Origin: a virus
UHGV virus genome: UHGV-0294068
Length of the DNA stretch: 12,821 nucleotides
Reading direction: 5' to 3' (one strand)
The position numbers were made by a program, and so were the translations under genes. A model generated the notes under the pieces. That model was not told the origin of the DNA, searched no databases, and was given only the letters and a program-made list of their open reading frames with translations. Shown piece by piece: positions 1-7,410 of this stretch (position 1 is its first letter; every line of letters starts with the position of its first letter).

Positions 1-313
1 CCACAACCTTACAATCCTCGCAAGTGGACATGCCCCAGTTGATCAGCATTGAGATGAATGCGGATTTACCAATACCGTGACCAGAAGCGCGTGCCAGCAT
101 AAGCGGCTGATAGCGCGTCTCTGGATTCTGCAGGTGATCACGTATCTCTCGGAACGCATCAGCCTGCCACTGACGTGGGCCGGTGGCATGTGCCAGTTCA
201 GTCCCCTCTTCCCCCCACGGGAACGCATAGAGAGCATAGCCAAGCGGATCGTGAGTGAACCCTGCAATATCCTCGATCAACTGCTCTTCAGGAGATAACG
301 CTGTATCTGTCAC
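1..313 (-). CDS. Phage terminase large subunit, N-terminal part (gene continues past the window start)
   Basis: Minus-strand frame open from GTG at 313-311 (overlapping the terS stop as GTGA) to the window edge. My translation reads VTDTALSPEEQLIEDIAGFTHDPLGYALYAFPWGEEGTELAHATGPRQWQADAFREIRDHLQNPETRYQPLMLARASGHGIGKSAFISMLINWGMSTCEDCKVV, with a P-loop-like GHGIGKS. Absent from the ORF track because it has no in-window stop; track ORFs 43..267(-) and 77..298(+) are out-of-frame shadows. Confidence 0.85.
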   Translation of the reverse strand, partial: MTDTALSPEEQLIEDIAGFTHDPLGYALYAFPWGEEGTELAHATGPRQWQADAFREIRDHLQNPETRYQPLMLARASGHGIGKSAFISMLINWGMSTCEDCKVV

Positions 314-906
314 TGATTACCATCCTGACGTTCTTTGAGTCGCTTCCTGGCTGCCGCTATGCGATCAGCAATTGTCACATTCACATTAACATCCAGGCGT
401 TCTTTGAACGCGTTGACATCAACATGCTTACCAATCAGCTCAAGGTTCTTCACCTTGTCAGGCCATTTAATTTTTTTGAGGATTGTCTCTATCGAATCCT
501 CGTTCATGTTCATGATGGTCGATGACAGATCAAAGCCACTAAGCGTAGTGCGCCAGATTTTCGGCCACTCACGGATTGGTTTAAGGCTCCCATCGTCGTT
601 GAGGATGTCGATCACGTCCATCTGGTCGATCTCCACCAGGCGCATGAGAACGTAATCAGCACTGACGCGCATTCGTTTGTTGCGCTCCTCCATCAACTCG
701 GCAATCCGTTTTTGAATGCGTTCATCGCGCATCATGACACTGGCTTTAACTGCCGCTGTATTTGGGGAGAATCCTGCGTTAATCGCTGCCTGAGTTTGGT
801 TTTCAGGCGTTTTGATGTATGACTGGCAATAAGCCTCCTGCATTGTTGTTAGTGGCTTAAATTGCGTTGATTTGCGTTTATAGGTTTTAGGTTCAGCAGG
901 CATCAT
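310..906 (-). CDS. Phage terminase small subunit
   Basis: ORF 310..984(-) has the look of a small terminase subunit (KPLTTMQEAYCQSYIKTPENQTQAAINAGFSPNTAAVKASVMMRDERIQKRI). Start placed at tandem ATG 906/903 preceded by GGTGG; the track start at 984 is a TTG lying inside a hairpin. Stop overlaps terL start. Confidence 0.8.
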   Translation of the reverse strand: MMPAEPKTYKRKSTQFKPLTTMQEAYCQSYIKTPENQTQAAINAGFSPNTAAVKASVMMRDERIQKRIAELMEERNKRMRVSADYVLMRLVEIDQMDVIDILNDDGSLKPIREWPKIWRTTLSGFDLSSTIMNMNEDSIETILKKIKWPDKVKNLELIGKHVDVNAFKERLDVNVNVTIADRIAAARKRLKERQDGNQ

Positions 907-948
907 AACCACCGTGGTAATAGTTACCGTTGTGGTAATAGTACCATG

Positions 949-975
949 CAAAATAAAGCCGCCATAGTTGGCGGC
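949..975 (-). terminator. Candidate intrinsic terminator about 45 nt upstream of terS
   Basis: Plus-strand GCCGCCA-tagt-TGGCGGC (958-975) preceded by AAAATAAA; on the minus-strand transcript this is a 7-bp GC stem followed by UUUAUUUUG. Confidence 0.45.
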
Positions 976-1024
976 AGTATTCAAAATCCATCAAATTCAT
1001 CATGCATAATCTACTCGTGACATG

Positions 1025-1372
1025 TCACACTATTAATTTCGTTTCATGCCAGCCTTTAGTCACCCAGCATTGTGAGTCACCATTACACGGGCATGAATTA
1101 ACGGGAACTCTCTCGCCGCACTTACCGCAAAGTTTTCTGCTGATCGATTTTATACGCCCGCGCACACGTGCATCATCCTGGCGGATCAGCAGCGCGATGT
1201 ACTCGGCCATTTCATAGGGATCGCGACCAGGGCGCCGGGCGGCGCAGTTCCGCGCCAGCATTTCCTGCTCCTGCTTATCCAGCACCAGTTCAATTTTGCG
1301 CTCACCGGCGGCGGACTGCCGAGCGCGCTGCGCGGCTTTGCGTTCTGCGGGGGATTTAGCCACGAATCGCAC
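1025..1372 (-). CDS. Hypothetical protein, basic N-terminus and C-terminal Cys-rich zinc-ribbon-like motif (CGKCG...CPCNG)
   Basis: ORF 115 aa with GTG start at 1372; sits immediately upstream of the terS control region. Start and function uncertain. Confidence 0.4.
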   Translation of the reverse strand: MRFVAKSPAERKAAQRARQSAAGERKIELVLDKQEQEMLARNCAARRPGRDPYEMAEYIALLIRQDDARVRGRIKSISRKLCGKCGERVPVNSCPCNGDSQCWVTKGWHETKLIV

Positions 1373-1478
1373 TCCACGCCAGATTGATTAATAACTCCCA
1401 GGCAATATAAACCCGGATACCAGCAGCCAGGCCGAAACCAATCACCATGGCATAAAGCAGAGCGTTGCACTTGTTCAT
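1356..1478 (-). CDS. Putative small membrane peptide (40 aa)
   Basis: ATG at 1478-1476 overlaps the TAA stop of the upstream DUF551 gene by one base. Translation MNKCNALLYAMVIGFGLAAGIRVYIAWELLINLAWSAIRG has one hydrophobic helix. Below the ORF-track size cutoff. Confidence 0.3.
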   Translation of the reverse strand: MNKCNALLYAMVIGFGLAAGIRVYIAWELLINLAWSAIRG

Positions 1479-2047
1479 TACTTCACCTCCTGCGGTGGTT
1501 CCGGTAGCGGCATCCAGTGGGTTGCTTGCTCAATACCATTACCCGGCTTAATCGTTGCATCTCCGCGCCGAAAGGTGCTTCCGGTATAGCGTGCGGAGCA
1601 TATTAGCGGTTCAACCAGAGAGCTATCGAAATTCACCGAAATAAGCACGTTCTGGCCCTTTTCAGGCATTCGCTCACTACAGCTTATCCAACCATCCGGA
1701 GTTACCGGAGTTGGTCCATCGAATTCGGGCATGTCAGGACCTTTTCTGATAGCTTTAGCCAGCTCCAGCGGGTCATCGTAAAGCCAGTCGCCAGTTTGTG
1801 GGTGATTTGCTTCTGCAAGCTGCGCAGCCCATTCAAGACCATCTTTTTGACCTTGGAGATAATCAAGCGGCAACTCTTCATGATTACTTGCAGGTTCTGC
1901 ACTATCAGCTTCGCGCCGCTTCTGTAGCTCTGCTGCCATCGCTCTCACGACTTCAACTGGTGCCCTTGCAGCAAACTCTATGTTGGTGATCAGCTCATTA
2001 AGATATTGCTCGCTGGGATACTGTTTCTTATCGGTTATAGTGGTCAT
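1478..2047 (-). CDS. DUF551-like phage protein
   Basis: 189 aa; C-terminal THWMPLPEPP motif typical of DUF551; ATG overlaps the upstream stop (ATGA); AAGGAA RBS. Confidence 0.65.
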   Translation of the reverse strand: MTTITDKKQYPSEQYLNELITNIEFAARAPVEVVRAMAAELQKRREADSAEPASNHEELPLDYLQGQKDGLEWAAQLAEANHPQTGDWLYDDPLELAKAIRKGPDMPEFDGPTPVTPDGWISCSERMPEKGQNVLISVNFDSSLVEPLICSARYTGSTFRRGDATIKPGNGIEQATHWMPLPEPPQEVK

Positions 2048-2559
2048 GCTGCGTTTCCTTCTTTCTTATTAACAATTACACCGTCATATATTTCATTAAG
2101 GTGTCCTCTTAGCTCCATGCGCCTTAATGCAGATAACATGTAATCGCATTCAACCTGCTTATTCCCAGTAAATGGCTTATCGTCAGGATTACCCCAACAG
2201 CAATTACCCCTGGGCCATCCATGTACTTTCCGTACTCTTCCGTTAACAACGTGAAGTAATCCCCAGCCGGGAGGTAAATCCTCAACTGAAATAATTTCCG
2301 GCTCACTAATAAAGAATCGCCAGTCGCCCATGCCAAGTGAGGGATTTTTACGGAAACGCTTTTTTCTATCTGCCAACAAGTCAGCACGAGAACACTTCGC
2401 CTCTATCAGGCATGATGCTGAATTTCTGAATCCCATAGCATCTGGCTGTTCTCCGGTACTGGTTACAGCAACAAAGCGGTCATGAAAGCAAACCTTGAAC
2501 CCGTTGCGCTTAAGGAACTTGTACGCAATCTGACAGAGTTCGTGGTGTGTTAACGCCAT
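2044..2559 (-). CDS. Putative PD-(D/E)XK-fold nuclease (MmcB-like)
   Basis: Start taken at ATG 2559 (MALTHHELCQ...) after a GGAAAGGAAAG RBS; D...EAK arrangement (PDAMGF...CLIEAKCS) fits a PD-(D/E)XK active site. Family name is from memory only. Confidence 0.5.
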   Translation of the reverse strand: MALTHHELCQIAYKFLKRNGFKVCFHDRFVAVTSTGEQPDAMGFRNSASCLIEAKCSRADLLADRKKRFRKNPSLGMGDWRFFISEPEIISVEDLPPGWGLLHVVNGRVRKVHGWPRGNCCWGNPDDKPFTGNKQVECDYMLSALRRMELRGHLNEIYDGVIVNKKEGNAA

Positions 2560-2595
2560 ATCACTTTCCTTTCCCATGTTGTCATGTGTTAGTCC

Positions 2596-2859
2596 TTATC
2601 CTGCTGTGCTTTCAACTGATGAGGGGAATAAAATCTTTTCATCAAATCCGGCATTCATATCATGGACAGCAACACACCAATCCATCGACGAACGATTATC
2701 AAGAGCCTCCATGATTTCATCCATGCGGCGCAGGTCATACAGGTAAATGCTTTTATCGCCAATGGTGTAAAAACCAATTTTTTTCGGTGATGGGCAGCGA
2801 TCAAGAACGTTCTGTAATTCGCTCAACCATGCCTGTTCCTTTTTTGTCAAAGTTGCCAT
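2596..2859 (-). CDS. Hypothetical protein (87 aa)
   Basis: ATG at 2859 preceded by AAGGAGAG; packed tightly between neighbouring minus-strand genes. Confidence 0.5.
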   Translation of the reverse strand: MATLTKKEQAWLSELQNVLDRCPSPKKIGFYTIGDKSIYLYDLRRMDEIMEALDNRSSMDWCVAVHDMNAGFDEKILFPSSVESTAG

Positions 2860-2860
2860 A

Positions 2861-3379
2861 TCACTCTCCTTTGATGCGAATGCCAGCGACGCGGGAATCA
2901 TTCCATCGCTTTACTTCTTCACGAATTACGTCAATGCATTCTTTCGAATCCATTAGGTAATCTTCATCAAAAAGACGTTCCTGTTCGTTTTCTATCGCAA
3001 CAATGATTGCTTCAACTAACTTTTGTGCCTGAGAACCACTTTCTAACTCTGCTATGCGCTTACTTCCATCCGCGATTACTCCCTCGTAATACTCACGCTG
3101 CTCGTTGAGTTTTAATTTTGCTGCCTCCAGTTCGTCCAGTAGTGCAATCACATCAGGGTCACTGTCATCAACTACTGTTACGCGTGATTTTTCATAATGC
3201 TCGTCGGCAAGTGTGCGACCAATTTTGAAATCTCCATCACCACCATAACCGGAGCAGGCATAAGTGACATGTGCTCCAGATATACGCTGTATTGACATTT
3301 CCTCGCCACAAACAGAGCATTCAGGTACTGGCTTAGGTGAATAACGTTCCCGTAGCGCCTGATAATCAATCTCGCTCAC
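2861..3379 (-). CDS. Hypothetical protein with N-terminal zinc-ribbon (CSVCG...YAC) and acidic central region (ELEAAKLKLNEQREYYE), possibly Ea22-like
   Basis: GTG start at 3379 six nt after a strong AAGGAGG RBS; 172 aa. Confidence 0.55.
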   Translation of the reverse strand: MSEIDYQALRERYSPKPVPECSVCGEEMSIQRISGAHVTYACSGYGGDGDFKIGRTLADEHYEKSRVTVVDDSDPDVIALLDELEAAKLKLNEQREYYEGVIADGSKRIAELESGSQAQKLVEAIIVAIENEQERLFDEDYLMDSKECIDVIREEVKRWNDSRVAGIRIKGE

Positions 3380-3860
3380 TGGTTGCCTCCTTCATAAAAA
3401 TAATCCAGTGGGTCTTGTCACCCTTTCCTGTTCGTTGACCGATAACAGGCTTTCTGTCGGTCAGTGCCAATATCTGGCGAACAGGTATTTGCGTTTCATT
3501 CCATTTAAAAATCAGAACGCCGTATGGCCACAACACACGAAAGGCTTCTTTGAATCCCTGCCGTAAATCATCACGCCAGGTATCTTTATTCAGCCGTCCA
3601 TATTTCTTTCCCATCCGAGCGTTATCACCAACACGCTCAAGATGCGGAGGGTCGAATACAACCATCGAAAAGGATGCGTCTGCAAATGGTAGTGCACGAA
3701 AATCAGCTATCAGGTCAGGACTGATAATCAGGCGTCGTCCATCACACAATGTGTGCTCTTCCTTTCTGATATCGCTAAATATCGCCCGGTCGTCATTCTT
3801 ATCGAACCAGAACATGCGACTGCCACAGCACATGTCGAGGATTGCTGCATGTCCAGTCAC
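3366..3860 (-). CDS. Small SAM-dependent DNA methyltransferase (orphan)
   Basis: Motif I-like DMCCGSRMF followed about 60 aa later by motif IV-like VVFDPPH. Start taken at GTG 3860 (AGGAGG 6 nt upstream, GTGA overlap with upstream stop); track start ATG 3893 is the alternative. No specificity domain evident. Confidence 0.65.
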   Translation of the reverse strand: MTGHAAILDMCCGSRMFWFDKNDDRAIFSDIRKEEHTLCDGRRLIISPDLIADFRALPFADASFSMVVFDPPHLERVGDNARMGKKYGRLNKDTWRDDLRQGFKEAFRVLWPYGVLIFKWNETQIPVRQILALTDRKPVIGQRTGKGDKTHWIIFMKEATSERD

Positions 3861-4384
3861 TGCTTGCCTCCTTTGCGAATCTGTTCCGCCCATTCTTCAA
3901 GGGATTTCTCCGCATATTCACCAGACAGGCCATCAATCGGATGCGCTTCATTAACCAACTCTTCTTTCGCTGACAAAATCATGCGTGTAACGTCGAAAAC
4001 TTCATGCAAAGACTTATTGATAAATCCGTGATTGAACGCAGCAGCAAGACGGCTGGCGGTATAGTTAATCCCCTCGTTGCGTGCTTCCGCACGAATTTCA
4101 GCCAGAAAAGCATCGGTAGCTGGGGTTTCTGGCATACAGTCAGCAGCGTCGAAATACTCTTCACTTTTGTCATCCCAAATCCAGCAATCATCTTTGATGA
4201 ACTTGTTCAGCCCTGCATTCTCCGCTGCCAGCGCATTAGCACGCACCAGTTGCACTTCCAGTTGCGTTGCCAAATCGCTGATCAGCTTTGCCACACTACG
4301 CATATCAACGGCACCACATTCTGCTTTCAGTTCCGAAGCCATCTCATGCCCGGCGGCAACTAACCCTTTGATATTACTTTCCAT
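3857..4384 (-). CDS. Hypothetical phage protein (175 aa)
   Basis: ATG 4384 with GAGGG RBS; acidic, helical-looking; no motif I recognise. Confidence 0.5.
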   Translation of the reverse strand: MESNIKGLVAAGHEMASELKAECGAVDMRSVAKLISDLATQLEVQLVRANALAAENAGLNKFIKDDCWIWDDKSEEYFDAADCMPETPATDAFLAEIRAEARNEGINYTASRLAAAFNHGFINKSLHEVFDVTRMILSAKEELVNEAHPIDGLSGEYAEKSLEEWAEQIRKGGKQ

Positions 4385-4430
4385 CTTTACCCTCGCTTAT
4401 CCACATAACTTATTGATTACATTGATAACT

Positions 4431-4463
4431 AAAAAGATCGTCGATTCATGCCGATCTATTTTT
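4431..4463 (-). terminator. Candidate intrinsic terminator at the 3' end of the HNH gene
   Basis: Plus-strand AAAAAGATCG-tcgattcatgc-CGATCTATTTTT; minus-strand RNA forms a stem followed by CUUUUU. Large loop, so weak call. Confidence 0.3.
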
Positions 4464-5054
4464 CATCAGTGATTCATAAAACTTTTGCCACTTATGCCGA
4501 CCGAAATTAGCCTTCGAGTTACAGCTCGAACAAAGGCAAATAAGGTTCTCCTGACGACAGTCTTGCTTGTCGTAATTGATGTGATGAGTTGTTAGCCTTT
4601 TGTCTGTTCCATCACAACCTGGGTTCTGACAAGTAAAACCATCTCGCTCAATAACCCTCTTGCTCGTTTCTCGGAAATCCCACGGATACGGCAATCTCGA
4701 TAATCCACCAGACCAGTTTGGATTTCCTTCCCCCTTCATCAGAGAAGAACGCATTATGTTGGAACACTGTTTCGAGCAGCATTTATGACGCTTCTCATGA
4801 CTCAAGAAAACGGAGAACGAAGATCCGCATACGCAGCATATTTTTAATACTCGCTTTAGTTCCCGATTTACCGTCTTGCCTCGCTGTGAAATTCCTACAC
4901 ACTGAAGTGAGCAGAACCTTGAAGATGAGTTGGCTCGCTTAACCTGATATTGCCTGCCACATACGGAGCAAACCTTTTCGATTTTCCCACCCTTCCAATT
5001 CGGGTTTTTATCACCGGATACAATCAATCCCGCAGCATTGGGCTTCTCGCTCAT
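4446..5054 (-). CDS. HNH endonuclease with duplicated zinc-binding modules
   Basis: HHINYDKQDCRQENLICLCSSCNSKAN HNH motif at the C-terminus; two NPNWKGG/NPNWSGG plus Cys-pair modules; ATG overlaps upstream stop (ATGA). Confidence 0.75.
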   Translation of the reverse strand: MSEKPNAAGLIVSGDKNPNWKGGKIEKVCSVCGRQYQVKRANSSSRFCSLQCVGISQRGKTVNRELKRVLKICCVCGSSFSVFLSHEKRHKCCSKQCSNIMRSSLMKGEGNPNWSGGLSRLPYPWDFRETSKRVIERDGFTCQNPGCDGTDKRLTTHHINYDKQDCRQENLICLCSSCNSKANFGRHKWQKFYESLMKNRSA

Positions 5055-5404
5055 AGTTCCTCAACCTCCCATCCACCACCGAGCTTTTTAGGTTTTGGAT
5101 AAGCAACCTGAAAGACAAACGGATAGCTGTCTGCCGCAACCTTCATCTTGACTCTCGCATCGTCAGTAAAGACTGACTTACTTCCCTTAACGTCCACCAT
5201 CACCAACTGCCCGTCAGCCAACATCACGGCAAAATCTACAGTCAGGAAGCAGTTGTCAGCTAACCGCAGCTTGATACCCTCGAATCGATACCAGGCGATT
5301 TCCCCTGCACGTTTACGCAGCTCAAGGTGCTGGCAATACGCAGATTCTGTTTTGTTCATCTGGCCTGTTTTGAGTCGACCAAGAGCCTGTATCTGTTTTC
5401 TCAT
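5051..5404 (-). CDS. DUF1064-family phage protein
   Basis: 117 aa; AGEI...DF...DG...VDVKG...YP pattern matches DUF1064 as I remember it; AGGGG RBS before ATG 5404. Confidence 0.6.
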   Translation of the reverse strand: MRKQIQALGRLKTGQMNKTESAYCQHLELRKRAGEIAWYRFEGIKLRLADNCFLTVDFAVMLADGQLVMVDVKGSKSVFTDDARVKMKVAADSYPFVFQVAYPKPKKLGGGWEVEEL

Positions 5405-5407
5405 GAT

Positions 5408-5422
5408 TTACCCCTGAGGTAA
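5408..5422. promoter_or_regulatory. Operator-like palindrome TTACC-cctga-GGTAA overlapping the RBS of the first nin-block gene
   Basis: One of eight copies of the TTACC-N5-GGTAA motif in the window. Confidence 0.55.
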
Positions 5423-5463
5423 TTAAAAACCACATAAGACACGAAATCAATAGATCTTAGAAC

Positions 5464-5491
5464 ATTTTATTACCTAACAGGTAATTATCAA
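5464..5491 (-). promoter_or_regulatory. Candidate sigma70 promoter for the nin-like operon with an operator filling the spacer
   Basis: Minus strand TTGATA (5491-5486), 16-nt spacer, TAAAAT (5469-5464); the 17-bp palindrome ATTACCTAACAGGTAAT (5469-5485) occupies the spacer. Confidence 0.5.
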
Positions 5492-5521
5492 GACGTAAAA
5501 AAATGCGCTATCGCGCTGGTA

Positions 5522-6322
5522 TTACTTGATAAATCCTGCCGCCTTTCCCCGCCTGTATTCCTCCATCAGCCACTGCGCCGGTGTTATTCCCCCCAGGGTA
5601 GCGGCGTTAGGCATACACCCGAAACTTCGCCCTGGTGGATGGTAAACGCCTCTCCCTGTGTCCGGAGGCGTACTCATGGGTTCTGGCTTTGCCTGTATGC
5701 TGATCACCGGATCGGGTATCTGCTGTCCGGAAGCCACCTTTTTCGCCCAATCATCAAGCAGCCTGCGCGCGTGTTTCTCAACCTCAATCTCGCTAAGCTG
5801 GCGCTGATACATTGCACGGCGGGTATCACATACGACCCAGTACATAACCGGATGCCGCCACGGGAATCTTTCGGGACCACCAGGATATAAACTTTTTTCC
5901 TTGCTGTACCGGTGAAACTCCGCCATCACATCGTCAATGGTGACGCCAAGAACCATCTTGCTGTCTTTACACCACTTGATAAATTGCCCTGGCGACGGCC
6001 AGAACGGAGATTCACTGGCGCGGGCGTGGCGCATACCAGCAGAAACCTGTTCACGGGTTCGGATCCCCCCTTCGGCAAACGCAGCAATCCACTGCTGTTT
6101 TGCAGCAACTTCCTGCTCTGGCGTCTTCAGGTTGGTTACCACTGCCGCCGGAAACAGTTGTTTCAACTGTTTGAAAAGGGCATCAACAAGCCTCTCTGCT
6201 GACATGTTCACTACGTTGTCATTGTTGGTGTACTGATGCTCATAACCTGACATGCGAGAAAGGGCTTCTCCGTCACGGTTTTGTATCGCGGTAAAAACGT
6301 TGTTCACAAGAAATCCTCCCAT
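5522..6322 (-). CDS. Replication protein P-like helicase loader
   Basis: MRHARASESPFWPSPGQFIKWCKD aligns with lambda P as I recall it (MRVARRQNRPFLPSPGQFVAWCRE); sits directly downstream of, and overlapping, the O-like gene. Confidence 0.8.
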   Translation of the reverse strand: MGGFLVNNVFTAIQNRDGEALSRMSGYEHQYTNNDNVVNMSAERLVDALFKQLKQLFPAAVVTNLKTPEQEVAAKQQWIAAFAEGGIRTREQVSAGMRHARASESPFWPSPGQFIKWCKDSKMVLGVTIDDVMAEFHRYSKEKSLYPGGPERFPWRHPVMYWVVCDTRRAMYQRQLSEIEVEKHARRLLDDWAKKVASGQQIPDPVISIQAKPEPMSTPPDTGRGVYHPPGRSFGCMPNAATLGGITPAQWLMEEYRRGKAAGFIK

Positions 6323-7095
6323 GCTTCAGGGCTGTTCCAGTGCGGAACGTTGTTATCAGGTAATGTTGATTGCTTCTGTCTGCTAATCTGCAGCCGCCTT
6401 GCCAGCTTCTGCTCCCACTGTGCCTGATGGTATGCCCTACCCTCAGCCATCCAGTAAATTCTGAACTCTGCAAGTTCCTGTGCCGTTGGCAGACTGTCCA
6501 GGTAGATCCCCTGCAATGAGCTTTTCCGAAGAAAGTCATCTGATGGCTGCCATTGTTCATGCATGACAAATTTGCCTAATTGCCCTGGCCCACCAGGAGG
6601 AACAAAGTTATTCATCACGGCGTTGTTTGCGCCGGGGTCATGATGCACAGAATCCCCGTTTTTTGTCCTGCTCTCCCTCTCTTGGTTAAATGACTGGTTA
6701 TATGACTGGTTCTGGATCCCGTTTTTGGGATCATTCAACATCCCGTTTTTGGGTATATTCCCGTTTTCGGGAACATTACCGTTTTCGGGTTCATTACCCC
6801 CTTCCCGGTTGCCTTTAATGTTCCCGTTTTTGGTTATATTAAGAGAGAAAACCCGCACTCTTTTCGTCGCTCCCTTTCTCTCTCCGGTATCTGAAATAAG
6901 CCCCATTTTCATGAGCGATATAAGCCCGGCCTGCACGGTTTTTTTATTCAGGCAAGTGTCTTTAACGAGGCGTTCTATGCTGGGGTAGCAGAGGTTATAT
7001 TCATCGGCTCTGTCAGCCATCGAGAGCAGTATGAGCTTTAATGACGAGCTACCTGGATCTGTCTCCCAGGCCCAATCTGTTGCATGTCTGCTCAT
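6304..7095 (-). CDS. Replication initiator, lambda O-like, with origin iterons inside the coding sequence
   Basis: N-terminal winged-helix-like region, central N/G-rich low-complexity linker encoded by DNA iterons, C-terminal domain next to P; GGAG RBS before ATG 7095. Confidence 0.75.
   Translation of the reverse strand: MSRHATDWAWETDPGSSSLKLILLSMADRADEYNLCYPSIERLVKDTCLNKKTVQAGLISLMKMGLISDTGERKGATKRVRVFSLNITKNGNIKGNREGGNEPENGNVPENGNIPKNGMLNDPKNGIQNQSYNQSFNQERESRTKNGDSVHHDPGANNAVMNNFVPPGGPGQLGKFVMHEQWQPSDDFLRKSSLQGIYLDSLPTAQELAEFRIYWMAEGRAYHQAQWEQKLARRLQISRQKQSTLPDNNVPHWNSPEAWEDFL
6717..6833. repeat. Replication-origin iterons
   Basis: TCCCGTTTTTGGG / TCCCGTTTTCGGG / TACCGTTTTCGGG copies starting at 6717, 6741, 6759, 6777, a degenerate copy near 6795, and 6822; mostly 18-bp spacing; all inside the O-like ORF. 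Confidence 0.75.
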
Positions 7096-7110
7096 GATTA
7101 ATCTCCGCTA

Positions 7111-7380
7111 TCAGCTTGAATGTTGTGGGGAGGAATTAATCATGATCTGCTTAATCTCTGCCCTGATACGACGGTTTGATTCCATGGTGCACTCAACACA
7201 GTGTCCGTTGTAAACCCAGCGTTCACTGTCATGTCCGTGCTTACATGGTTTTCCGGTGTAGTAGCGTTTAAGTCCGCGCTTTGCGGCATCAATACGTGTA
7301 ATGATTTCCATGGTAAGCCCTGTTATTAGTATTGGGATTACGGTCATTTTGTGCTGACACAAAAAAAAGATCAACCACAT
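7111..7380 (-). CDS. Hypothetical small protein with zinc-ribbon-like motif (CKHGH...CVEC), in the cII position
   Basis: ORF between the Cro-like gene and O. Start ambiguous: ATG 7380, 7347 or 7311; none has a strong RBS. Confidence 0.4.
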   Translation of the reverse strand: MWLIFFLCQHKMTVIPILITGLTMEIITRIDAAKRGLKRYYTGKPCKHGHDSERWVYNGHCVECTMESNRRIRAEIKQIMINSSPQHSS

Positions 7381-7391
7381 TTGGTTATTTA

Positions 7392-7406
7392 TTACCTTTG
7401 AGGTAC
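7392..7406. promoter_or_regulatory. Operator-like palindrome TTACC-tttga-GGTAc
   Basis: Lies between the Cro-like gene and the next gene, just downstream of a hairpin. Confidence 0.45.
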
Positions 7407-7410
7407 GAAT

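Noticed and set aside
43-298. Track ORFs 43..267(-) and 77..298(+)
   Set aside because: Both overlap the terminase large subunit frame, which translates cleanly with a P-loop motif; they are alternative-frame or antisense shadows with no RBS or recognisable motif.
907-984. N-terminal extension of terS to the TTG at 984 (MNTAANYGGFILHGTITTTVTITTVV)
   Set aside because: The extension runs through a hairpin and direct repeats, starts on TTG without an RBS, and the Thr/Val-rich peptide is a by-product of the DNA repeats; the tandem ATGs at 906/903 with GGTGG are the better start.
1186-1470. Track ORF 1186..1470(-), 94 aa
   Set aside because: Alternative frame overlapping both the small membrane-peptide ORF and the 1025..1372 ORF; Pro/Trp/Cys-rich low-complexity translation typical of an off-frame read of GC-rich coding DNA.
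5639-6236. Plus-strand track ORFs 5639..5890, 5912..6202 and 5937..6236, plus minus-strand 5926..6108
   Set aside because: All lie inside the P-like gene, whose translation aligns to lambda P; these are antisense or off-frame shadows.
6717-6833. Possible CRISPR array from the regularly spaced repeats
   Set aside because: Repeats are only 13 bp with about 5-bp spacers, degenerate, and inside a protein-coding gene in the position expected for origin iterons; no cas genes nearby.
6273-6988. Track ORFs 6273..6569(-) and 6725..6988(+)
   Set aside because: Off-frame and antisense reads through the O-like gene; the plus-strand one is a repeat-driven artefact of the iterons (FPFSG repeats).
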